Assembly: GCF_036365525.1 (NCBI RefSeq)
Contig: NC_090398.1
Location: 37,026,694-37,090,693 of the forward strand
Origin: Heterodontus francisci
Lineage: Eukaryota
Length of the DNA: 64,000 bases
Reading direction: 5' to 3'
Numbering within the stretch: position 1 is the first letter of the stretch; every line of letters starts with the position of its first letter. The notes beneath the pieces were generated by a model. That model did no database searches. It saw nothing but the letters and a program-made list of their open reading frames with translations, and was not told the DNA's origin. Positions 12,006-24,480 of the stretch are shown here, piece after piece. The position numbers and the translations under genes are program-made.

Positions 12006-13139
12006 AATGAAGAATTGTGAAGAAACTGCAGAAGAGCGTCCTAATTTGATGATTCCTTCAGAGAACCATAGGTCAAATGGTTACTTTCTTTGCTGAAAGA
12101 TGATCGATTATGGAAGACTGCATGATTTTATGAAATTCTATGATGCACGTGTAATGAATAATAAGGTACAACGAAATAAAGTGAATAATTAAGAAATGGC
12201 TTCAGTAATAGTAATATATCGGAGTTCTATTGCACAATGCTGATAAATTGGCAGCACCACCTGATGAAGGAGTGTTCTGTTGTGATTTCGAGTTTAAAGC
12301 AGATGACTTCATGTTCTGTTAAGATATTAAAATTACGTTTTTTCCCAATTTGTAGTGTTAACCTTGTAGTGTTTTGCGTTATCTAGCTTTTATAGTGCAA
12401 AGTTTTTCGATTAAAGCATGAAATATTGGACGTAATGCTTTCAGTAGCAACTAGAAAATTGCATTATTTTCTTTTAAAAAGTGAACAGTTCCGAACGGAA
12501 TAGTAGCACTGTTCCCGAGAGGCGAGTGTATGATTGAAAGCTTCAGACTGTATTCAGAGAGATCAGTGCAGGAATTTCTCTGACAGTTCCTGAGAGGAGG
12601 ACAGTTGCAGGTTGTATACAGCGATATCAGTGCAGGAATTTAGCTGAATGTTTCTGGGAAGACAGGATGCGATTAACGGCCACAGAGTTCATGTCAAGAA
12701 AGCAGGGATTGGAACTGTTTTCAGTGGGAAATACTTGGGTAGTAGTGTCAGTCATGATTCCATCACTGATATTAAGCAGCAACTTTAGTTCTTTAAGCCT
12801 TATTTTGGTCTACCAAATGGAAACTCGTGAGGACCTACAGAAAAAACATCCCAATTAGAACCCCAACTCTTGGCAATGAATTTGACGACAGAAATATTTC
12901 ACCAGATGCTCGTTTCAGTAAATTATATGTCGTGGGAGAGATCGTTGCAAGACATCCGGAAGTAGCAACTAATCAGCATAAATCAAACAATTTGTGTCAA
13001 ATACACTCAAGACTGAGGCATGCTTTCTATACTTCATATAAAAAGTCTCTTAGGGAAAGAGCTGATCTGCATTTGACTCCAGTCACACACGGACTTAATG
13101 AGCTTTCAACAACATATGGATGGGCATTTCTGGGGCACC

Positions 13140-13450
13140 TTTCATGACTTTGGTGTGTTTCGGTGCTGTGATATGGGCGGAAACCTGATTGGAGGAATTG
13201 AAACATAGTGTTCCGCAAAAGATGCACATGGATTTGGGAAGTGACAACGTGGTCCAGGGAGTTAGAGAGGAAATGGAGATCGGGGTTGAGTTCGATGTTT
13301 TCCAGGATAGTGGGGCTAATAGTTACTCTTTCCCCGTGCAGAGGGAGTGATACCAGCAGATTTGAAGGATAGAGGGACAGATGATGAGAGGCAACTATTG
13401 ACCATATCATCAAATATTGGAGCCAGGAGGATACTCAGCCACATCCAACT
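13140..13450 (-). mobile_element. L2-clade LINE RT fragment
   Basis: Minus translation QIHVHLLRNTMFQFLQSGFRPYHSTET matches the L2 RT QSGFRxxHSTET motif. Confidence 0.7.
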
Positions 13451-13618
13451 GAGCATCTGCCAGGCTGAAGTATCGGGGCAGTCTGCACCTGTGCGCAGCT
13501 CAGCCTCACTCCAGCCCTGGATCAGGTCTCCCTGCCCAACAATCTCGGCAGGGCTTGTCCGGACATCAACTCCCCCTCCTGCCGCCCCCAGACCAACACT
13601 GTCAGCCTCGAAGAGAGT

Positions 13619-13649
<31 letters not shown>

Positions 13650-14381
13650 CTGAGAGGGCGTGGGAAACGACAGATGGGATGAAAATACTCAAAATTCAAT
13701 GCCAAGAACGGTGGTGGAGGTGGAAACACTCATCTCATTTAAAAGGTACCTGGACATGCACCTGAAATGCTGTAACCTGCAAGGATACGGACCAGATGCT
13801 TGAAGGTGTGATCAGAATTGGCAGCCAGGTTTTTCAGTCAGCGCTCTCACGTTGGGCTGAATGGCCTCTTATCCTGTCATACTTTCTCTATGGATCTATT
13901 TTTTTTTTACTTATCAACTGACAGGAGAAGATCTGGTGCATCTGCAACTTGTCCGGTTTTGTAAGAACAATTGTATTTCTTTCTGAGCAGATGCGAGGAG
14001 CTGAGAATTGAACCAGTGGATATGGAGGAGAGACTGTGGCTGTACTTTTCCATTCTGTCTTCCAGGGGCACTCTGACTTTCATCCTGCCCCCTTTTCTGT
14101 TCACCCTTCCAAATGTAACTTCTCTCCTGCTGCCTCAGTGTTCTTTGCCCTGTGTGACTTCCGCATACCCTTGCAAGTGTATCTCGAGTCATGTAACTAT
14201 TGGTCACGTCTTTCCCGCCGTCCTGCTGCTCTTTGCCTATGTGGCTCCACGTCCCCGCCCCCACTTCCCGCCAGTATATTTCAGTCATCCAACTGTCGGT
14301 CATCAATTGCCCATTCGGGATAAATATTAAATTAATGGACTGGAAACAGTGGGACAAGCCTCTCGGCTTCTCTCAGTTGTT

Positions 14382-15283
14382 TTATTTAATCATTAATTGA
14401 ATAATTGTTGTAAGCGTATATTTCACCATGCTCTTGAGTTGCTCTCTGAACCTGGACTGAGTCGCCCCATAAATAAATGTGTTTGTGCAGCAACTTAAGT
14501 TCATCAGCGTCCATCCAACCTCGAGGAATATATATTCAGAATCGTTGGCATCCCTGGGATCTTTTCCGACAATGAGATAATATGCTAATTGCATAGCATA
14601 CAACAACCATAGAAGTGTGAAACTGCCAGATATGCTGAAGAGTAAAATCACAGACTTCCTTCTGCTTTCCATCTCTGGATCATTGCGACTCACTCGCTTG
14701 CTCTGACCCCTCAGTCCCTTACGGACTTGACTGGCCACTAAAATGTGTCTGACTGTCAGAGTGTTGAGGAACAAAATTACAGTGAATGGCAGCAATGGGG
14801 TTAAAACGACATCAAACTGACCAAATACCACCCATCCTGGCCCAGTAAGGAAGCCTTTGCTTGGATAGCACAACCACGCCACATTGTCAGTTATCTGTCC
14901 AGGTTCATATACCAAGTAGAAGCGGACGTTTTCTAAACAGAGCAGGAGGCATGTTGCTATGAGAAGCACAGCTGCAGTTTTCTTGGTGCAATATGTTGTT
15001 TTCAGCTTCTGGCAACGAATGGCAACAAATCAATCAAATGTGAAAGTGACGGTGAACCAGACAGAACAATCGGAGGCTGCACGTCTCAGGGCAGCGATAA
15101 TACTGCACACAGGACCAATTTCCAAAAAAGATCCTGGGAAGTAATAGTAACTGATCTTAAATAGTATGACACCAGTGATAATGACTAGCAGATCCCCCAT
15201 TGCCATGGCCACCAGGTAGCGAGTGGTGCAGGTGGAGAGTCCACAGCTTCCCCAGGACAGGATCACAATCGCCACTAAATTAA
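14382..15283 (-). pseudogene. GPR139-like rhodopsin-class GPCR, exon 2 (TM1-TM7), single in-frame stop
   Basis: Acceptor tcttctctctcttacag|tt at 15283. Reads VNLVAIVILSWGSCGLSTCTTRYLVAMAMGDLLVII...CSVWFTVTFTFD*FVAIRCQKLK...SCCTNTFIYGATQSRFREQ. ORFs 15030-15275 and 14382-14969 are in one frame, split only by TGA at 15030-15032. Confidence 0.9.
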
Positions 15284-16094
15284 CTGTAAGAGAGAGAAGA
15301 GAAAGGATTGGGAACTACTTTTTAAATATTCTCTGCGTCTCATCCAGACAGTACGGGCAGGATTTTATCACCAGAAACAGGTACGCTTGGGGTGGGTCAG
15401 AGGATAACATTTTACACAGCTCAACGTCAACTCAGCAAATCTTCCATCCACTCACTTCCTTGCTTAAGGGATTCGGGACAGGAGACTGTAGACAACTGCT
15501 CCCAGCGGTTGGTTTCACAATAGAACTATTTTAGTGAAGTTGGAATTCTCTGATTTAATCTGTTTTACTTATTTAACTGTGACTTGCTGTGTTAACCAGT
15601 TATGCCCCACGCCACACACAGACACACCAGGGATTAGGATTTGGCGTTGCCCCCAGTTCTGGGATTCAACCATTGCCTTGGGATTGGATCTGCGCACCCT
15701 GGGATCATATCCCACCTTCCCCGCAGTAAGACACCATCACTCCCCGGGATTGGGCCACTACCCCTCTATCAGACCTCACCACCCCCCGGATTGGACCGCA
15801 CAACCCCTAGGACCAGACCCTACCCACCTCCCCGCCCCCCACCCCATGGATTGGACTGGCCAACAGTGTTTAAATCCCCTCCCATGATCAGACCACACTG
15901 CAAGGTCAGAACACTGGGGAGTCAGGTCCCATCATTATGTCTTGGATCAGATTGCAAGACAAGCTTGTCAATCAGGCTACTTTCAGGGTGGGGAACCTGT
16001 ATATTGAAGAAGAGGCAGTAAGTGGAGTTAAAACGCGAAAACCTCGCTCCCCGTCTATGTCATTCACTCCTGCTAGTATTAAGGCAAGTTAATT

Positions 16095-16650
16095 TTGCAA
16101 AAGACAAATACTGAAACAGATGCAAATCTGATAAAAACAAGAAAATAGGGTGGAAGGTGCGTACAAGGAGAAGTTTATCATTACTATAGCAGTGAAGCGG
16201 AGGTGAAGGCAATAAGGTGGGAGATGGAATGGACACGGTCGAGGGCCCTGTTAACTACCGTGCAATGAAATCATCAGTTGACGGTGGAATGAAATCATCG
16301 GTTGAGGAAAGATTAAGACATTTCAGAAGCCATAATTTGGTAGTCAGAATCCTTGGAAAAGATAGAATGGAAATGTCGAGACTGTGAGAATGCAACATAG
16401 CCTTTCCAAGACACGGGATGGAAGTAAGTATGATCATGACAGCTGTCGGAGTCGGGCAAATTATAATAGATATTGGTGCACAGCCAGTCCCCTGAAATGG
16501 AGTTAGAGAAATCGAGGAAGGAAAGGCAAGTGCCAGAAATGGACCACCAGAAACAAATAAAGCAAAGTGAGTAAGGATGAAACAAACAATGGTCATAGCT
16601 AGGGACCATGGAAGCCACCAGAATTTGAGCACGAAATATCCCAACGTTTA
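16095..16650 (-). mobile_element. Penelope-like element RT remnant
   Basis: Minus ORF 16313-16618 LSFLDFSNSISGDWLCTNIYYNLPDSDSCHDHTYFHPVSWKGYVAFSQ resembles the PLE RT-thumb motif FLD..I....L.T..Y.KPT....YL...S.HP. Confidence 0.7.
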
Positions 16651-16679
16651 CACCCTTGTATAGTTTACAACAGTATCAT

Positions 16680-16984
16680 ACAGCACTGAAATAGGCCCTT
16701 CGGCCCAACAAGTCTGGGCTGTTCATCAACTGTCCATTTAGCCGAATCCTACATTTATCCTCGCATATCCCCTCCCACCTACTTACACTAGAAGCAATTT
16801 TTTGTTTGACCAAGGCCGATTAGCCTATCAACCCATAAGTATTTGACATAGAGGAGGAAACCAGAGCACCTGGAGGAAAGCCACGTAGTCAGATCTTACA
16901 AATTCTACAAGCAACACCCAGAACCTAACCCGGGTCGATAGAGCTGTGAGGCTGTGGTGCTAACCACTGGGTCAATGTGCTGCC
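16680..16984 (-). mobile_element. HE1/V-SINE-like SINE, older copy
   Basis: Reverse complement matches 20406-20745 (gtggttagcaccacagcctcacagct..gacccgggtt; ggtgctctggtttcctc; gggccgaagggcct..tcagtgctgta). Confidence 0.75.
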
Positions 16985-18249
16985 TTCCACTGGGACCAGG
17001 ATCAGGATACTGTGATAGTTTTCATTCCTGAACCAGACACAGTCAGAAAGTGTAAAGTTACTGAAACAGTGAATGCAACAAAATGAAACAATTCCTAATG
17101 GGGATCTTGGAAAGCTCCAGCAGGAGATATTGGATGGAATCTTCTGGGGCAGATTCATGGGGCTGGATTTTCGGCAACGAGCTCAATAATGTCAGCCCAT
17201 CTGCCTGGACCGCATGCCAAAGCCTTGCTGTGATCTTAAGCTTGGTGGCTCATTTAAAAAGCCGGGGCATTCCACCCCCATCCCCCGCGCACATCATGTG
17301 GAGAGAGCAAGCTTTCTGTCCCCAGCAACGGCGTCAGCTGTCTGTGCACAGGTACTGATGCCATTTTGAAAGCACTGACTGCTTATTTAAATTTTGAATA
17401 AAATATCCACGCAAAATTAAATAAACATATTTCTCATTCCGCTTTCCCACACCCCCATAACACTTACAATAACTGTTTTCTCTTTTCCCCAAAAACATTC
17501 ACCTTTTACATTTGAACTTAAGGCCGTCCCCCCTCCCGCTCCTCCTTCCCACCACCAGCCAAAATTGCGCCAAGTTTAAGACTCAACCCATCTAATCATT
17601 TGACCTCGACTTCCCCCCTCCCCACCCCGCCTTCCCTACATGGCTAAAAGTACCCCCTACACCCTCCCAATCCGTGCGATGTCTCACTTCCCCAAACAAG
17701 TATCTGAAGGTACGGGAGTGCCGGTCACCATTCCAAATATAGAGATGGGCCCTCAGGATTTCAGGTATGTGTAGTTAAACTTAAGAATTTTATTGATTTC
17801 AATGTTTAGTTGTGGTTCCGTGGGCCAGCACCAGGGTGGCCGCCTCGGAGCCTCGCCCTACCAGAAGGATCAGACTGGGCCCTTACAGGATTGAGGTCCA
17901 TGGTGGGCATCATTCGGAGCTTCTTCAGCAGCAGCCCCACCAACACCACCACCCCCCCCCCACCCCCAACCTCGCCACGGATAACGACAGCAAGTCCTTC
18001 TTAAAATCCAGTGCTTGGTGTCTGTCAGGCAAGATCCCATCTACTGTACATATAAGGACAACTTGAATTTACCAGACACTGGATCAGAGAAGCGCAGTCT
18101 ACCGTGTACAGAATTATAGATCGACCTCTGGAGCGCAGATGTGACCACAGAAGGATGGAAGGACGTCTCGTGTGTTATGGGCAGTCATGCAGAATGAAGC
18201 AGTGGAACAGGATTCATAGACTGAAGAAGAATGTGAGATCTATTAGGAG

Positions 18250-19810
18250 ATGACATAAACTGCAAAATAATAGTGAAAGAATTCAAAGGAAAACTTTAAG
18301 GCATTAAGAAAGCGGGAAAACATTTGATAAATTAATTAGCAAGAGGGTGAAATCTGGCAAGGATGTATTGCATCCACACAGAGTTAAACAAAAAGGTTAG
18401 TACGGAGATAACTAAGGTACGCTTATCTGTTCATTAAAAATCATCAGAATAGAGTATAGTTCCAGAGGACTGATGGAATATTAAACTGATTCCTGCATAT
18501 AAAACAGAAGGTAGAAGTGCAAGGAACTATCAGGCAGTTTGCATAACATCAGTGGCAGGAACGATAGTGGGATCCTTATTTAAATAAGTAACAGAAAATA
18601 ATCCAGAAAAGCGAATTATAATATAGAGTAGTCAGCACATATTGCAAAAGGAAGGCCATACTTGACAAACTTATTGACTTCCTTGAATACGTATCAGAAA
18701 GATTCGATAAGACTCATACAGCAGATTTTATATAGGTTTACTTTCAAACAGTCTTTGATAAGTTACCGCACAACAAAATATTACTAATCTTAAAACAAGT
18801 GGAGTTAGGTGACAAGCAGCAGAATGGACAGTGAGTTGGCTGCAAAAACTGAAAGCAGGAATTAGGGGTTAAAGCTAATGAGCTAGATTTCAGAGAAGTG
18901 ATATTAACCAGGCACTGGTAGTGGAACCAATGCAATTCATCAATTAATTCATCAATTACATAATTGACAGAGCCTCTGGAAGTGGAAGCACATGTTACAA
19001 ATTTACAGAAAAATCCAAATTGAGAGTACCGTTAATACAGAGCGTTTAACAGACGACATGAATGCATTAATAAACTTGCACAATGAACATTTAAATGCTG
19101 CAATTGTGCAAAACTATGATAAGGCCATCCCACGAGTAGTATTTCAAGTAAGCATAAGCAAAATACAGCAGATGCTGGAAATTTGAAATAAAAGCAAAAA
19201 CTGCTGGATAATACTCAGCAAGCCTGGTAGCATCTGTGAAGAAAGAAGCAAAGTTTACGTTTCAGATCAATGATCTTTCATCTGTAGTGATTCAAATGTT
19301 GATCTCGTACACTATGAAAGATATACTTGCCTTAGAGGGGATGCAATAAAATGCTTCATGAAATACATTCCTGGGATGAGAGGATTGTTGCATGAGGAGA
19401 GATTGAGGAAAATGGTCTTATTTTCTCAGAGTTTAGAAGAATGAGAGGTGATTTCATTTAGATATACACGGTTCTGAGAGGGCTTGACAGAGTAAATGAG
19501 AAGCTATTTTCCTGGCCAGGGAATATAGAACGATCGAGCAAAATTTCGGAATAAAGAGTATGCAATTTCACATCGAGCTGAGGACAGATTTGTTTATTCA
19601 GAGATTTGAAATTGTCTACTTCAGAGTGCTGTGGATATTCAGTCGTTGATCATATGTAAGATAGAGGTCAATGGATCTTTGGACTTTGAGGGAATGTTGG
19701 GATAATTGTATTGTGCGTGAATTTGTAGTAGAGGTTGCAGATGAGTCCTGATTATAATTAATTACAGAGCAGTTTTAAGGGTCCAAATCGTATCATCCTA
19801 CTCTTATTTG
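18250..19810 (+). mobile_element. Highly decayed CR1 ORF2 remnants, with a Penelope repeat fragment at ~19155-19285
   Basis: gttccagaggactga..., aggaactatcaggcagtt, agtcagcac, tttgataagttacc, tttagaagaatgagaggtgat align by eye to the CR1 at 48960-50280. Confidence 0.6.
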
Positions 19811-20405
19811 TTATATTTCATTCTTATTGAGTTTATTGTCATGAATAAATCTCGTAATCTATCCTGTAAGTATATATAAGGGTAAAAAATAGCTTTCAGC
19901 TGAAGAGAATGAGGACCAGCTAGTGATAAACAATCTCGGACAGTGCAATTAAACTAAACAAAAACTGACAATATTCTAATGACACTTTCAATTCATATTT
20001 CCTAGGCAGAATTGTACTGGAGGTTTTATCAGTTCATTCTGAGGGCCTAGTCACACTGCTACCACATATTCTCACTCTTCGCACATTCCTTTTCCATCTG
20101 ATAGATTTTCTGCTCCATCTGGTTCTCTAAAACACCTCTCTCTATCTCTATTCACGGTCTCTTATTTTCTCGGTTTTCTTTTCCTCATCCAAATCAGTCT
20201 AAGTTCCTGCACCTGCATTTTGTGCACTATCCCTTGAACAGTAATCCTATTCCCATTGACATTTTGTTCAGTGCTGAAGTCTCTGTGATGATATTCATAT
20301 TTGTACAGGTCAGATAAGTCTCCTCCAGTCTACCTACTGTTCTTTGAATTTAAGAAGCATGGAATAAAAGAATCAAAAGTCTCTAGCAGACATATCATAA
20401 GTCAT

Positions 20406-20760
20406 CACAGTGGCGCAGTGGTTAGCACCGCAGCCTCATAACTCCAGCGACCCGGGTTCAATTCTGGGTACTGCCTGTGTGGAATTTGCAAGTTCTCCCT
20501 GTGTCTGCGTGGGTTTCCTCCGAGTGCTCTGGTTTCCTCCCACAGCCAAAAGACTTGCAGGTTGATAGGTAAATTGGCCATTATAAATTGTCACTAGTAT
20601 AGGTAGGTGGTAGGGAAATATAGGGACAGATGAGGATATGATAGGAATATGGGATTGGTGTAGGATTGGTATAAATGGGTGGTTAATGGTCGGCACAGAT
20701 CGGTGGGCCAAGGGGCCTGTTGCAGTGCTGTATCTCTAAATCTAAAAAAGAAATCTAAAA
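20406..20760 (+). mobile_element. HE1/V-SINE-like tRNA-derived SINE, well preserved
   Basis: A box tggcgcagtgg, B box gggttcaattc, V-like core gtgggtttcctccgagtgctctggtttcctcccac, CR1-like 3' tail ending (tctaaa)n. Confidence 0.85.
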
Positions 20761-21504
20761 ATCTCCTGGAATGATAAAGCACAGCGCTAAATTGTTCAAT
20801 TCACAGACACCAACATCACCACTGCAGTTTATTATGTACATTAAATAGAAGGACTTATGATTCCAACAGACATGGTGTAAGCTGATGCATCACAGCAATG
20901 CTTTCTATTTCAAGATGTAACACATCGAAAGTGAATTCAAGCACAGTGAAACAGAGAAGGAGACGTGAAAGGGTAAGCAGAAAACTCAGTTTAGCTGAAA
21001 GACATCTGATGCAGCTTCAGACATACGCAGAAAGAAATAACATTTTATAACAGCGATAATCATAAATAGAATAAAATCCTAGTTACACTGAACCATATTT
21101 TTGTGAAGGAAGGATATTGTGTTGCTCCTTGTATTACCAAGTCCTTGATCTGTCCCATTATTAATTAATGCACAAACATTCATGAAGATATTCCAGGACA
21201 GATCAGTCTCACAACATAAATGTTTTAACAGCTTCTGATTGCCTGATTTCTGTTCTTAGCCCAGACACAAGGCTCCAATACATTCAGTGCAGGGAAAAAT
21301 TCAAGAACATTTCCAGGTTTGGACATCATTATTGCAATAATGCCTCTGCTACAGGACTGCAAGTGCAGAGACTGAGTACATGTCATCATTCAACTGCTGC
21401 AAGAGAACAAGCAGCTTTGTAAAACGCACATTGAAAAATAATACCGAGTACAGCAGCACAGCTGGCACCGTTTTACACCATAAACAAACGAGATGACGGC
21501 ATAC

Positions 21505-21573
21505 CAGGAACTCCAACAGTGCAAGAATTGGATAGTAAATTTCTTCTGTCTGATGAAATACTGCACGTCCCAT
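21505..21573 (-). pseudogene. GPR139-like GPCR exon 1 with 1-nt deletion
   Basis: MGRAVFHQTEEIYYPILA then frameshifted gttggagttcctg|gtatg; 69 nt versus 70 nt for the paralogous exon 55934-56003. Confidence 0.8.
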
Positions 21574-21697
21574 TCTCTGAGAATCAGCAACTTCCGCTGG
21601 TCTAGAAGACACAGCATCAGCAAGCACTCACCGCTGATCTATTTCAGTGTCCTGACTTATTCAGCATATCGGTCTCCACTGTCACAGTTACACCCCT

Positions 21698-21722
21698 GAT
21701 CATTGCTATTAGTTACACTCAC
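21698..21722 (-). promoter_or_regulatory. Conserved upstream element of GPR139-like paralog
   Basis: Reverse complement gtgagtgtaactaatagcaatgatc is identical to 55801-55825. Confidence 0.6.
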
Positions 21723-22779
21723 TTGACAAACATATTATATCAGCAGCTATGATTCTGATCAAATTAATAAGGTGCATATAGATCTCAAAGTCCAGTATAT
21801 TACTTTAGTTCGACATCTCTCAGCTATGAAGCTGAAAGCTCGGCTTACTACACAAATAATCACATAGTGCTGAGTGGCTTCAGTTACACTTTCCATAAAT
21901 GATTGCATTGACCACCTTCACTCCTATCCATTCAGTTATAAATGTTACTGATTTCTTCGCGATGTACATTGAATCTGCAGCCACAAGCAAATCTGTTTTT
22001 CTGTTCCTGCACTTTCTCATTTGAAATATGAACTTTGATTTCATGACACAGGGCAGTTAAAGGTCACATTCAGCATTTCAGCCAAGAACTTATTGTGGGT
22101 GATAGTCGGGAAAGGATATTGAACGTGTCCCATGGATATTTTTCTCTCTGCTATTTTAATTTACACAGTTACCTTATGATTCTACATTGGTTAATGGCTT
22201 CAGTAATATCAGAATGGTGTCGCCTCCTTACCCCATTCCTCCAGATCACCCCTGATCAGCCACACAACTTCCACTTTCATCAATCCCAACTGGTGTAAAA
22301 CTCTGCTCTCCATGCCCAGCCCTCACAACGTCTCACTCTTCCATCACCTTCACTCTCATTGACCCACATTGGTTGCCGCCCCTCCAACACCTTCAATTTA
22401 AAATTCACACCCTGTGGTTAAAATCCGTTCTTGTCCTCACTCATCAGCATCTCCAGCATCTCCTTCAAAACTGCAGCCAACCCACATGTGATCTTCCCAT
22501 TCCTCTGACACTGCTCTCGTTCGGTGGGGCTGCCTTGCTTGGCTCCATTCTCACTGCTCTTCTTGTGGCAAGAGCATCACCAGTAGTGATGTCTCTCCCC
22601 ACAACAGCATTGTTACCTCCGGTGTCCCTGAAGTTTTCCTTCTTGTTCCCGACACTTCCTCTCGACAGTGTGCCCTCTGGCGGCATCATCGACAAACATG
22701 GTTTCAGTTTCCACATGTGTGTTGACAACACCCTGCTCCAGCTCTCCACTACCTCAGAGTTATCACACATTCCCATATT

Positions 22780-24480
22780 TTTCTTGGGATACGAGTATCG
22801 CAGGTAAGGCCAGCCTTAATTGCGCATCCCTCATTGCCTTTGTGAAGGTGATGTTGAGCTGCTTTCTTGAAACACTGTAGTCTGTGTGGTGCATATACAT
22901 GCTCTTTGCATTTAGGGAGGGAGAAGCAGAATTTTGGCCCGGCGACAATGAAGGTACAGGGACGTAGTGACATGCGAGGTTGTTTTGTGCCTTTGAAGGG
23001 AACCTGCAGGTTTTGGTGTTCCCATGTGTCTGTTGCCATTGTGTTTCTAGTGCATAGATTTTGTGAGTTTGGAAGGTGCTGTCAAAGCAGCCACAGGTGG
23101 GATACTACAGCACATCTTATAGATGGTACACATTGCTGCCACTGTCCACTTGTAGTGGAGGGTGCAAATGTTATGGTGATGGATGGGCTCCCTATAAAGC
23201 GGGCTGATGGTGTCGGTGTTCTTGAGTGTTCTGGACGTGCGCTGTAGATAGTGGACAGACAATGGGGAGTCCGGAGGTGAGACACAGGGCTCTGAACTGC
23301 TCTTGCAGACACAGTTCATATGTGGCTGTTCCAGGTACGTTTCCACCAGTGCTAACCACAAGGATGTCGAAGGTGGCTAATTCAGTAATGGTAATATGAT
23401 TGAATATCAAGGAAAGATGGTAGGACTTTCTCCTGTTGGAGGTCGCCATTACCTGCACTTTTGTGGCAATAAAGCTACTTGATTTATATCAGCCTCAGCC
23501 TGAATTTTGTCCAGGTCATTCTGCATGCGGGCGTGGACAGTGAAGTTCTTCATCACTGTGCAATCATCAGCGATCATCCCCACCTTTGGCCCTATATTGA
23601 ATGGAATGTCATTGATGGAGCAGCTAAGGAGTTTGGGCCTCAGAATCTACGCTGAGGAACTACTGATGCCCTGGGCTGACATGTTGGTCCTCCAACAACC
23701 ACAGCAATCGTCCTGTGTACTAGATATGACTCCAGCAAGTTGAAAGCTTGCCCCCGATTCTCACTGAATTTAATTTTGCTCAGGCTTCTCGCTTTCACAT
23801 TCGGTCTAATGCTGCATTGATGTTAAAGCCAAGTAATCTCACTTCCCCTACGGAATTCAACTCTTTCCTCGATGTTCACCCTCGAGATTAAGAGGTCTGG
23901 AGCGAAGAGGCCCTGGCAGATTCCAAACTGAACATCGTTGCTGAGTAAATATCGCTTGATCAAACAGTCCATCCCTTTGCTGATGTTTTGGAAGAGGCTG
24001 ATTGGATGGTAAGGCGCTCGATTGTATACATCCTGCTTTCGACAGGAAATACAGGTGCAATTTTCCATCGGTAGATGGCTTTGTTGTAGTTTTACTGGAA
24101 CAGCTTTTGCAAAAGGCACAGCTAGGTCTCACGTGCCTTCATCATTACTACCGGGATGTGGCTGTATCCAAGGTCTTGAACGGTTTCTTAATGTCACGTG
24201 GAACAAATTGGTTGAAGCCGGCATCTCTTTAGCTTGGGACCTCATGAGGAGGCTGATATGAATCATCCACTCCACATTTCTGGCTAAAGACGTTGCACAT
24301 GCTTCACCTTTTTCTTTTGCTCCTACATGCTGAGTCTCACAATATTAAAGATGTGGATGTTTTCGGAGGATCTTCCTCCAGTTACCTGCCACCATTCAAG
24401 AATGGATGGGGCATGACTGCAGGACTTTGCTCTGATCCCTTGGTTTTGGTATTGCTTATATCTGTTTAAAGCAGAATACA
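22780..24480 (-). mobile_element. CR1/L2-group LINE (second family), decayed, with 3' end at ~22790
   Basis: Reverse-complement tail gggatgcgcaattaaggctggcctt, KAAQHHLHKG, and RT remnant YHPISLFQNISKGM..QFGICQGLFAPDLL. Confidence 0.7.

Noticed and set aside
12827-13147. 106-aa ORF as a host exon
   Set aside because: Non-ATG start, no recognisable motif, no convincing splice sites
15030-15032. Selenocysteine or programmed readthrough of the TGA
   Set aside because: The position is a conserved Arg, no SECIS recognised, and the candidate exon 1 is also frameshifted; CpG decay is simpler
20406-20480. tRNA gene
   Set aside because: A/B boxes are the head of a multi-copy SINE with V-like core and LINE tail; no complete cloverleaf
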